Assembly (NCBI GenBank): GCA_964304625.1
Contig: OZ199838.1
Location: 9,203,245-9,267,244 of the forward strand
Direction of reading: 5' to 3'
Origin: Kudoa neothunni
Taxonomy: Eukaryota; Animalia; Cnidaria
Length of the DNA stretch: 64,000 nucleotides
In this document: one piece after another, positions 40,030 through 51,832 of the stretch
Numbering within the stretch: the stretch's first letter is position 1
How the letters are laid out: each line of letters begins with the position of its first letter
The notes under the pieces: generated by a model
Databases searched by the model: none
Told to the model about the DNA's origin: nothing
What the model saw: only the letters and a program-made list of their open reading frames with translations
Made by a program: the position numbers and the translations under genes

Positions 40030-41340
40030 AAGTATCGAATAACCAAAACTCCAAGAAATTCTGAAATGCTTTTTTTATCGGAATTACTTTTACACTAAAT
40101 ATCACACGGGTAAACTTCACAATTCTGGAGATGTCAAAACAGGAAGTGCCCTGGAAAAAATTCGACGTTACCATGGGATCAAATTGATATGCTCGAAAAC
40201 ATCAAAGAGCATAATCATATTTTATCCAACAACGATATTTTAAAGATGTTTTTTTCGGCCAATATTAATAATTTATCGGAAGTTAGTTCGTATTCCACCC
40301 ATAAAATTTATTCATTAGCAACAAGCAATGTAAAATTGTACGATCTACCAATCTTAAATAAAAATCAAATCTACAAAAAATTTTCTGGAACTTCAAATAA
40401 AGACATTTCGTGGTCAAAATTTTTGTCTGTTTGACTCAGGAATGGAAACCCCAGACAGAATAGTACTATTGACTACTGATGAGAATCTTGAACATTTAAA
40501 AAATTCAAGAGTGATGGTTGCGGATGTTATTTTTAAGTTCTGTCTGAGAGAATTTCTTCAACTATATGTTATAGTTATACTTGGAAAAATATTTTCGAAT
40601 GTTTATCCATTGGTATACATATTGAATACGAAGAAAGAAAGTTATTATTTGAAGGCAATAAACATCATTAAAAGTAAATTTGATAACAACTTCCCAGATT
40701 ACATAATTATTAATTTCGAGGTGGCTGCATATGTTGTTTTTTTAAAAGAAACAAAATCTAAAATATACTTTTGTCTATTTCACTTTAACCAATGTATTTT
40801 TAGAAAAATCCAAAATTTAGGCTTAGCTAATGATTATAATCAGAATAACGAATTTAAATTTTTAGCTAAATGTCTTACCTCTATAGCATTTGTTCCACCC
40901 GAATATGTAGAAATGGAGTATCAGAAGGTTCTAAGAAAATCATAAGAATTTACAAATATTAGTCTTGTTCCGTTTTTCAACTATTTTGAAATAAAATTTT
41001 TAAAAGGGACCAATTATCCTATCGAGTTTTGGAACGCAAATGAAAGAGTTATGGAAGATATACCCTTAACTTCAAACAACGCAGAAGCGTTTAACCGTCC
41101 TTTTCGCGATAAATTTGATTCATGTCACCCAGATCTTTCAGAATTTTTTGAAACATTAAAGGTTAATCAAAGTAATGTTGAGAATGACATCGAACGCCAC
41201 ATGCTTAATGTGACACGCATTACCGATACTACGTATACTACGTATAGGCGAAAATTAGGATCTCTTAAAGAAATTTGCAAAAATTATCATGCATATTATA
41301 ATATGATATACGTTTAACTTAGAGCAAAAATATATACATG
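40030..41340 (+). pseudogene. MULE transposase pseudogene
   Basis: FWRCQNRKC (FLYWCH-like), ADVIFKF, INFE, CLFHFNQ, TSNNAEAFN; stops and frameshifts between ORFs 40189, 40442 and 41051. Confidence 0.85.
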
Positions 41341-41469
41341 AAAATTAACTGATTAACTTATGTATAGTTCATCTATTATCGTTCAAAATATTGTGTATTT
41401 ATTTGTGTATTTAAGGTTGGCCAGTTTTCTCTGTATGATACAACTTTTACATTTATTTCCTCACTATAA

Positions 41470-42260
41470 TTTTACATTAATTTAATACATAAAATAAATG
41501 TAGATATAACAATGTGAAGGCGGTGGGCAGCACACCTGGTTATGTTGGACTCTCTTAGATCCGATAGATTCTTTACGGCGGAGTCACAAACAATTCTTAG
41601 ATCAGATTTTTTAAATGAAAATTTACTACAATATTCCGTGCAGATTTTATTTATATTTTCTTCAATGTGTTTTACAAGAAAATAAATCATGTCATATTGG
41701 AAATGTTGAAGAGTGAAATTTTAAACAAATAATACTGATATATCAATGAAGGAATTGATTTTGGCATTGTCAGTCCAAATATTAACGGTTAGGAAAACGC
41801 TATTGTGATTAATTGTTTGTTTTAATTTATCCATTTTTAAATATATGCGCTCATACTCATTCATAATTATTTTTTAAAGCATTTTTTGGATAAAATCTTA
41901 AGCCTAGCATTACGTTCGTTGAACTTTTTGCTTATATTAAATGAAAAGTTTATCATCTCTGTAAACGATTCATTTTCCGTTATTGTAAACAGAGAGATTG
42001 TTTCAGCTATAAAATTAGCAATTTTAGTGTCAAACATTACCGACCTGATACACTTAAATTAACAACAGAGGGTGGTGAAACAATAATTCGTTAATTTCTA
42101 TATTTTTATTTGTTTGAGTATGTAACTTATTATGAGTAAGAAGTTTACTATTCCTGTAAGACGACTTATGCGGGAATGCTTTGTTGCACTTTATGCAAAC
42201 AATAAAATCAAATAGGGATGTTTCATCCCCGTCTTTAGTAAAGATAGAACAGCAATTGTC
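41470..42260 (-). pseudogene. hAT transposase relic
   Basis: IVCDSA..N...RCAAHRLHIV (hAT CxxH motif), LTVNIWTD and a BED-like CIKC segment. Confidence 0.65.
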
Positions 42261-42425
42261 TTATTCTTTAGAACGTGAGGTAGATTTTTTCATGGAGAAA
42301 AGTCTACTAGCTTTCAAAGCCTCCTCAGCACTTTCCACACTCCAGTTTGACCTAATGTAACTAAAAGCGGACACGAACACGAACAAACAAAATTTGCACG
42401 AACGAATGGGCATTGTCTGAATTAA

Positions 42426-42673
42426 CCTTTTGAGGACAACCTTGGGCTCCACGCGCCCACCTTAATATTATTTTGACATTAAGTTGGTTACATTTTGAGT
42501 ATTTTCGCCAGAACGTTTGCCAATTTTGTTACATTAATCAATAAATTAAACTTTTTTACGAAGTAGGTAAAATTCCAGCGAAAATACATGAAATATAACA
42601 AATTGATTAACAACATTAATTTTAAAAATAATAGAAAGATGGGCGCGCGGAGCCCAAGGTTGTCCTCAAAAGG
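42426..42673. mobile_element. 248-bp piggyBac-type MITE
   Basis: 36-bp TIRs (CCTTTTGAGGACAACCTTGGGCTCC...) with 2 mismatches; TTAA on both sides. Confidence 0.92.
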
Positions 42674-42926
42674 TTAAACAGGTCCGTCGCAATAGCTAAT
42701 GCCTAGATTAGAATTAAATATTGGTATTAAACGAAATTGTTAACAAATTTTTGATCTTGTTATAAAAAAAGAAATAAAAACCTTAAATTTAATATTTTCA
42801 TAGGTCACATTCTAGAATAATTTCTCTCCGAAAACTCAATCCTGGAAAGCAATGAGGCTTGGTTAGTTTCTACCACATGTGATTAATAATATGAGAGTAT
42901 TCTGTTTCTAATCCCATTTTCTGAGA

Positions 42927-43509
42927 CAGAGGTCAGGAGTTCTTTTGACCAGAGAGCCACACAGACCTCATATTTTGAAAAAAACTAATTTCATGAGAGC
43001 CATACAACATGTTTAAAACAAAAAATAGAAATACACGTGCTCGTTTTATATATCTCCAACACTTTAAAGTAAAAAAAGTCACCAACTTCTTTTTAATAGT
43101 ACTGTTGCATTAATGCTAATCAAGGAAGAATATTTCTCATCATCGACGTAACTTTCGGGTGTGCACGATTTTTCAGGTGACTTTGTAGTGTGATTGATAC
43201 GTAGTAAGATTAAGCTCCGTGCAGGCGTTGAGACTTCGATCCGTTAAACATGGCTGTAGTTTGATCTTAATGTCTTTTAGACATTGAAAAACGACTCACA
43301 TGCATACGTAGAGCCTAGCATTGTCATTACAGCAATACTCGCATGCTTCGGCGTGTGATACAGTAAGTAACCGATTTTCAGTATTGACCGTTTCGCATAT
43401 TGACAAAGAAGTTTTACAAAACACTTTTAATTGAAAATTTGTCTGTGAGTAAGACATAGCCATCCAAAAAACCACATCTGACTCATGAGCCATAGGTTCC
43501 CGACCCCTG
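42927..43509. mobile_element. 583-bp hAT MITE
   Basis: CAGAGGTCAGGAG ... GTTCCCGACCCCTG; perfect 8-bp TSD TTCTGAGA. Confidence 0.9.
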
Positions 43510-44122
43510 TTCTGAGATGACAAATAACCCCATTCAATTTTTTATATTTTTTATGCGTTCGCCTCGCATTTATCATCGTAATTTATTGCAACGATCGTTT
43601 GTTTCTACAATTTATGTTAATGCAAAAGCGGTTTACTTTATGTTTGAATGTCTTCAATAATAAAATTTAAATAGGAATAATTAAAGTGGACCTACCATGG
43701 ACTATAAACAAAAACTTATCTTGGTACTCGAAATGAATTTAATTGTAAAGTATAGGGGTATATGTTTTTAAAATAAAAATCAAAAAATATTTATTAATAG
43801 AGATGTTAATGTTTCTATGAATTTTGGTTTGAACCAAAAAACTGTGGAGTTCAATCGAGAAACCCCATATGCTAAGACAAGGGAACAACATTCAAAAATG
43901 GCTTTTACACTACAATTAAAATGCAAATAGAACAATAATTTTTTATTTTAAATTAATTCATTTCAAATCGAATAGATGACATCACTTTAGAAAATATTTT
44001 TACGCAATGAGAATAAAATACATAATGAATATTGAGTAATACAAAATTTTTCCGAGATTCTTCATGAAAGAGTCATGGCCGTAGTTTGCTCCCCCTTATG
44101 TGGTTGGAACCATGCTTTAACA

Positions 44123-44912
44123 CAGAGGTCGGCAACCTACGAATCATCAATTATCTCTATCTGGCCTGTCATGCATTGACTGACGCAAATTTTTCTTAAT
44201 CTCCTAAATACTTAAAAGATTTTTAAGTTTTTTCTAGATCGTTTTTGCATATGTTAATATGTTGTCAATACAAACCTTTTAGTCCACCAAAATTAATTTC
44301 CACTAAATCGGAATACCGGAATAAATTAAACTGTCATAATAACGTTAAAATTATTTTAATAAAAGTATAATATATTTTTAAAAAGGCATTTAGATACATC
44401 TCATGTTATTTGACCTAGTCCAATAAATTGTTCGTTTACAAGTTTAGCACGAGTTTATTACACCTCAAGGGAAAGTTATTTGAATTTAATACTTTTGACG
44501 TAACGTAATTTTATAGTTTAAACGACTTTTACAAATTCTTATTTATATGATTAAATTCGAAATTTGAATTAAGAATAATTTAAAATTTTCATAAATTAAT
44601 TTTAATACAGCCGCATTAGGGTTAGAGCAGTGTTCCCCAACTTTTTTTGTATCGCGCCCCACTTTTCCAAAAAAAAGTTTCGTGTCCACCTTACTCGAAA
44701 TTTTTTGTGGTGTTAATCGCTACTTAAAAATTAACGATATCTAAAATTGCGATATTGATTTTAAAGTACGTCATTCTGACCAATTATCTCATCATCCGTG
44801 TCACACCAGAGCGATTCATTAAAAGTTTAAAAATTTCCATGTCCCACGTTGGAAAACATTGGGTTACAGTATGTCGGTTAGGCCTGTTTCTCAAAAAGGT
44901 TGCCGACCCTTG
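44123..44912. mobile_element. hAT MITE with a nested MITE
   Basis: CAGAGGTCGGCAACCT ... AGGTTGCCGACCCTTG; TSD CTTTAACA/CTCTAACA. Confidence 0.85.
44628..44861. mobile_element. 234-bp hAT MITE nested in 44123-44912
   Basis: CAGTGTTCCCCAAC ... GTTGGAAAACATTG; TSD GGTTAGAG/GGTTACAG. Confidence 0.82.
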
Positions 44913-45100
44913 CTCTAACATATATATATATATATATTCTGGTTTTCTCAAGTTAAACAAATTAATAAGAACATTATAACTGATATGGGGATTAATATAA
45001 AGAGCATATTTTCAAGATAGGGTCATATCGTGTTTCGCATGCGCGTTGATTATTTCCTGGTTTGTTTATGTACACTTAAATAGATTTTTAAAATAACACT

Positions 45101-46692
45101 ATGAATATGGCTAATATTGTAGCAGCAGGCTCTTTAATCGCGCTAACTTATTGGTCGGAGAGTGTGTTTGACAAACTTGGTCGTATTGTTGGATTTTGTG
45201 TACGTAAGCTGAAACAATGCACCTTCCAAGTCACAATGTATACTAAAAATACCAGTTAATTATACATGAGACAACTTTCTCAGTAACATTTTGTCTAGCT
45301 TTGGGGCTTCCAAATTACGGAAACAATTGTTATATAAATTGTATTCTTCAAGTAATCTCTGGTTATGATAATCAAGATTTGCTGATATAACCAATCTCTG
45401 TTAGGGTTTATCATCGTTAGAGGGGGTAGATGAGTGGCTTAAACGATCCTATATAATAATTGGTTCTGACGATGAGATTATTTGGAATTTATGCAATATC
45501 AACCATTGTACGAATTGTTTGATTGATTTCTATTCAAAAATGTATAGTTATCAATGGAAGATCTGCCACTGATTTTAATATATATTCTGTTTATTACTCG
45601 TTTCTAATGCATCTACATTATAATGGTGTGTGGTGTCAAAACTTTAAGCAAGAAGTATTCTCAAATAATCTCTAAAACGGTTGAAACAATTGAGCATTAA
45701 TCGTTATATTTTTAGGATGCGTTTGAGTTTTTTATTAAAATTATTGATCATTTATCAACAACTATGAAGGTAGTCTGGAGTGTTCAACGCAAAATTATAG
45801 GTAATGATCTAGGCTGGTTGTCTACAGAAATATTTGGCTGATTCCGAAAATACATTTTTTTACTATAAAAAAGTTTTCGTTTCCAAACTATGGGCCAACC
45901 TACCACAAACCTTCTATAACCCTTTTGTGTTAACCATCGCCCGTTCAATGAGTTGTTCTTTGTGTTGTGGTGCAAAATATGCGACAAAATTCGAGCGTTC
46001 GAACTATCTAAGCCTCTCCTTGACTCCTGCTCTCAACTATTCTACTGATATTACCATCGAATTATTGTTAAGAAAATTATATGTGGAGGAATCATTAGCG
46101 GATTTTCGATGTAAGAATTGTTCAAACACGTCCATTAAATTAAAATCTAATATCGCTCAAGTTGGTTTTTAGTATTTTTCTCGTTTTTCAACTGGTTTTA
46201 GCTTCCGAAGAGTCTTTGTATTTACATCAATAGAATATATTTCTCAACAAGTGGGCACAGCTGTAAAATGAATTATGACGTTATAATTCATTCGTTCCTT
46301 GATTTAAATGATTTTGTCCATCACTTTGATAGAAAAATTTTGCCTGGAGCTAGGAAGTAATGGGAAGCAAGTGGAGGACGTATAAACTTGTTGTTATAGA
46401 TCCATTAAAAGTTCAAAGTACAAACTGAAGGCTGTAATAAATCACCACGGAAACGATTCCAACACGGGACACTATACTTGTACAAAACTTGGGCCTACAA
46501 AGTATTTTAATTAAAAAAAAATTTTCGTTTGATCACACAACATTTAGTGACAATTGTGGTAATATAACCAGCGGTTCTACCTCCGTCATGGAAATGTCAG
46601 ATGAGAATTGTAAAATAGTAGGGAAAAAGTTTTCTACAATAAATTCAAGCACTGCCTGCATTTTGTTCTATGATAAAATTGACACATTATAA
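45101..46692 (+). CDS. USP30: Ubiquitin-specific protease, USP30-like, multi-exon
   Basis: N-terminal hydrophobic anchor, Cys box GLPNYGNNCYINCILQ, QE|DAFE, CxxC pairs, LPKSLCIYINR, His box HHG..TGHY, MSDE (Ser at the third triad position) and ACILFY; frame intact after splicing. Confidence 0.78.
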
Positions 46693-46941
46693 TACGAATT
46701 AATGAAATAATTGTTTCTATTTTATATTAGAAATTCAACAAGCTCCTTAAAATTGTTTCTTATTAATATAATTTATTCGATTACGAGACATTTAATTAAT
46801 TTTTTCATTAATAAAAATGTTTATATTCAAACCGTACTTGAAACAATTAAATTTGCTAGGCGGAAAATAATTGATACATAAAAGCAAAATATAAATTAAT
46901 TATAATAATTTAACTACCGTCAAAAATTCGACGAACTACAG

Positions 46942-48296
46942 CTATGGTCTGAGACCAATCATCATGATTGAATCTTTTGTTAATCCGATATTATCTAGTT
47001 GAAGTTTTACTGGTTCTAGTTTGGGTTCATTTTTCTTAGGGTATTCATAGATTATATCGCCAAAGCTGCCGTGTTTCGACTTTAGATTAATTTGCCTTGG
47101 GCGAGAACTGTAAAGTATAATAAAACTTTTATATTTAGTTTTGCTGGTGGAGTCATTTTTTCTAATTATGTAATAATCATTTTGTCCACCACTAGATGAG
47201 GTTGGGAGGCGTTCTATTGTTGGTTTTCCCAATGATTTGTAATAGCTGAATTGGTTTTTAAGTCGGCAAATCCGTTTTAATTCATCAGCCACATTGTCGA
47301 TGATGGTGATGGTGGATTCCGAAACTTAGTTGATAAAAATAAATTCCGCTGATTGGTAAAATGGAGATGAGCATACCTACAAATAATCCATTTTGTTTTA
47401 TGATTGCTCCCTGGTCATATAAACTAGACACCAAAGTCTTGTACGGATTTGGAGGTGCACTGGATTCTTCTATATATTACAATGAATCGAACAAAAATCG
47501 TCAACAAGAAATACGTGGAGTGTAGATCACATCCTTTGTGGAATAGAAGTCTCTACTGGGATGTAAGTTACCATCTTCTAAGGCTGAAAAGGGGATCAAA
47601 AATATATCTGCCACAGAGGTGATGGTTTTCCATTCATTCGCCACTTGTTGGAGAATGGTTTTGTCTTCAAACTTAAGCATAAGTTTTCCCTCAACTGGGT
47701 GTTGAACCAATTTCATGATGCTATGAAAAGCTTCCATTTTTAGTTTCGAAAATGTTTGACCTTTGAATTTAAGATTAAAATGTTTTAAACCATTCACATC
47801 AACTACCATAACTAACAACAAAGCCATGCGCTCCTATGCCCAAATATTTATTTATTTGATCGAGTTGGCTGGCTTGAAGTTCGACAAAGAAACCTATTCC
47901 ACGAAATCTTGTGGTTTTTACGAATAATGCGATATCTTGTTTGGTATTTCCTGGGCTTTCCCTATTAAGTACCAAATTCTTCACTATTATAGTTTGTATA
48001 CCAATCGACACAAATTCATTGGTGAGATTGCTTAGAAGATTCAACGTCATTTTCGTCGATGATGATGGTAATGCTTGCTCCAAATCCACCTCTAGACATA
48101 TTCCTTTTTTGCAATGTGTTTCGAGCGTTTTACTAATTTTTTCGGTTGTGGCTATTTTGTACGAAACAGTGCACAACAGCACTATTATTATTGCCATTAT
48201 TGTACCCAAACTAATAAGCGATCCAAAATTAGATGAAGGTTTGTTTTCACCTGCATTATCGTTGTTATTTAAGGTTGTGTCACCCGTTTCTGTCAT
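46942..48296 (-). CDS. Type II membrane protein, SLC3A (4F2hc/rBAT)-like degenerate GH13 fold
   Basis: Single TM, then GIQTIIV, GNTKQDI..RGIGFFVEL, YLGIGAHGFVV and C-terminal LQLDNIGLTKDSIMMI; three ORF pieces join in frame through GT-AG introns of about 45-52 nt (for example 47806-47761). Confidence 0.55.
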
Positions 48297-48948
48297 TATT
48301 AACCCCCAATCACACAATAAATCTCGTAAATTAACTCTATATCGATTAGATTTATAAATCTATTCAGTTCACTCATCGTAACACGTTTTTGTAATGGCTT
48401 AACTAGAATAGGATATATGGAATGGTGGATTAATGTAGAAAATAACTGATAGAGTTCTGAACTAATAATTTTTTGTTAATTAAAAAATATTATAATCAAT
48501 TTTACTTCATTTAAATATATCTACTCCACTTTCTTGTTTTAATTTCTCAACTCTAATATTAAAAGTTTGCTAAACGGTGTTGTATCCATTTTTATGTTAA
48601 ATATTCTTCTGTGTTGCATTGCCTTATTTACCAGTTATTGTTATTTTGAGCATAATATAAATTGAGTTATCTCGAGTTCGAATAAACTGAGTTGTTGTCT
48701 ATCGAAGATTAAGCCTATCAGTGAAGAATATTAACTATAGCCGATTTTTCGGGTATCAAAGAATGTTTTGGAAAAGAATCGTCACATCTTTTGATAATAC
48801 ATATTTATAAGAAGTTTTGGTGGTTGATAATATTTATTGTAATAGATAAAACTGAGCCAAAAATTCATATGTAGCATAGCTCTTGTTTGATACATTTGGT
48901 GTGGGATTTTCTATCACTGAAATCAATTAAAAATCTCACAATGGTTTA

Positions 48949-49437
48949 TTACCTTTTGACCAATGCATGCAATGTGACAATAGTAAAACATATTAAACAC
49001 AATGTTTTCAAAATTAGAAGGATCACTGCAACACCTACTAATTTTTTGTAACCAAGATCCAATGACTTGCTACTATTCTGAATCCTCCTTATCAATATTT
49101 TTATGGTGTGAGCTACTGAAAAGTTTATATTTGCCAAGTTGAGCAAGTTAACCACCAAAAATAAGACTGGGTTCGACACGAGACCATCGATACAATTGAG
49201 TATCATTTTTTCGTTCGATAGTGAAGTAATAATATCGTAACCAATAAATATAAATGAAATTAAAGAGGTGAAAAAAACCTGCAAAAATATGTATCTTCCT
49301 GTAATAATTTTCATCCAGTAACAATACACCAGCAGTATCAATGTGGTACACAGACTAACAGCAAGACACACATCTGACAAAGTGTCGTATGAGAACTTGC
49401 TACGGCAGTTTTTCACATATTTCCTCGAAATTTCCAT
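48949..49437 (-). CDS. Multi-pass membrane protein (four hydrophobic segments); probably a first exon or fragment
   Basis: 162-aa ORF ending at an AG|GTAATA donor-like site; no downstream exon could be kept in frame. Confidence 0.4.
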   Translation of the reverse strand: MEISRKYVKNCRSKFSYDTLSDVCLAVSLCTTLILLVYCYWMKIITGRYIFLQVFFTSLISFIFIGYDIITSLSNEKMILNCIDGLVSNPVLFLVVNLLNLANINFSVAHTIKILIRRIQNSSKSLDLGYKKLVGVAVILLILKTLCLICFTIVTLHALVKR

Positions 49438-51832
49438 CGATATTTTTTGGAGTATATCTACCTTAGAGTTTTTGTGTTATAGATACTATTAGATTAACAG
49501 TAACCGGAGGGAATATTTCAACCCCAAATGTGTCGTTTATTTTATCCTATCGTAAAAAAGAGATTCCAGGAGGAGAATATCTAAGTTCTAAAGTCTCTAA
49601 ATAACATTTTTTTTCATCTCAAAATAAAAATTATTTTTACCATTATATCCATGTATCCTATTCATCTATTGCATTAAATTCGGTTCTATGATTTGACCAA
49701 TTTAGCCAAATTAAATGTAAAACAGATGGTGCAAAGCGTGTATTAGCACATAGCTGATGCTTTGTAATCAAACAATCAAATTATTAATTCTCTGATAAAA
49801 TCATGTTTCGTAACGTTTCATATCGATTAAATTTTTACCTAGATTTGGATGCATTGATTTATTTGCGTTGTATGATTCGCGAATTCTTTTAGGAATCCTA
49901 GAAAGGCATCTTTATATTTAAAAAGAATTAATATTTTTACAGTAGTTCTTTTACTGAGAAACACTGAACACAAAGAGTATTAAAAGGTCAAGAAATGCAA
50001 TGGTTGAATGAACCGATAGAGATCTCGATATTTCGTTCGTACGTTCACTTATTACGTGTCAAGAAATTAGACAGATTCGTTAGGGTCACATAAAATGATT
50101 CCATTTGAGTATCTTAATGAGTGCTAAAAATACCTATCTTATAATGGTATTGATCCGAAGAAGACATTGAAAAACACAAAAATAAACAAAAAGTTTAGTT
50201 GAAAATTCCCGATATTTAATTTATTCTGTTTATTTTTTTGGAACACACTTCCACAAAGCTACAAAATGCATGCATCGAAACGGATACCATTTAAAATTCA
50301 ATCAAATTTCAATAAACGAGGAATAACACCACAACCATGGCGGTAGGCATTCAATTAATTAAAAATATTCACAGCAAATCATTATTTTAGGAAATTACTT
50401 CGACTAAAAGAGATTTTTTAGCGATAAAATGCAAGATTATGTCTCATTGTCCTAAAATTTTACTGAACGATTTTCAGCATAAACTTAAACTCGAAGATTT
50501 TCTCAAAATTTTTATTAATCATGTTATTGAAAGCAATCAAATTTGACAAATGAAATTTCCCAGGTCATTCTTCAATAATCAAATATTTCAAAAGAAATTT
50601 CAATCTTATGAACAAATGAAAACTAAATTATGTTTATTGATATCCATTACTTATTCTTGTCGAATTATGAATTTTTTTAAATTGATGTATGGAATGTTAT
50701 ATTGGTTTAGGTATCGTTTATTAATGAATAAGCTTTATCCTCCTTTAATTTAATCCCTATTAGGTAGTTTTGAGAATGCCTGATTATTTATTGCAATATA
50801 AGAATAGAAATGGGTAGAAATAATTAAATTTAATATATTTTGAATAAATAATAGTGCCTATCATTCATAAATAAGATTATTTGGTATTAAAAAAAAGTAA
50901 TCACACAGCTGCACATTCCATTTACGATTTACTAAAAATCCAGAATAGGAGCAACCAATTTTAAATTCCTTATAAAAAGGTAACTATTATCATCGCGCCT
51001 AGAGGAAATTAATAAATCATATTTTATACCAGTAGTTCTTAATCTTTCTTGTTTGCAGACCCCAAATGTGTTCATTGGACTAAACACGAATCCTATTTTG
51101 TTTTCATGCATATACATTTTTAACGTAAATTATTTATCTTATGTTCCTAATTATATTAAAATATACTTGACGTAAATAAATATTTAACGGTTTTGTTTTA
51201 AAATATATATGAACAATTTTTAATTTTCATCAAATAACCTAATAAATGGCTTTTGTTTTTTTGGCCTTTTTATAAAATAAATAGTAACACAAAGGAATTC
51301 TATAACAAATATAAAATATTTATAAGAAACAATAAAGCAAGGATATATTGGATTTTTTTAATAATCACACTAATATTAAAAAATTCTGAATTATATGCAA
51401 TGTATGTTGATAACATTAGAATCAAGCTTGATTAAAATCAATCGCGAATTATTTTGAATTTGTCCAAGGACCCCCAAGTAGAGAACCGCTGCTCTATAGT
51501 TTACACAATTCGTTTGGCTATATTATTCAAAATTTTTAGGGCGGAAAAAGGAATTCTATTTTATAAAACAAACGGCCCTTTATTTAAAGAAGAACAAAAA
51601 CAAAATGTTGAGTAACTCACACTCGAGAAATTAGTGAAAATAAGATTATGCTTAAAGACAACAATAGTAAGCTTTGGAATATTAATTAAATTTAATATTT
51701 AAGCGAGATTTTCTTGACTAAAGTTCAATTAAATTCGGAAACCAATCACGAAATGGTGAGAAAAAGATTATTGCACAATAGAACAAAATCATTCTGCTGA
51801 TGTCAAATGTTCCTGAACGGTGTAATTTCTAA

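Noticed and set aside
47761-47827. Apparent frameshift between ORFs 47799-48317 and 47501-47827
   Set aside because: Explained by a 46-nt GT-AG intron.
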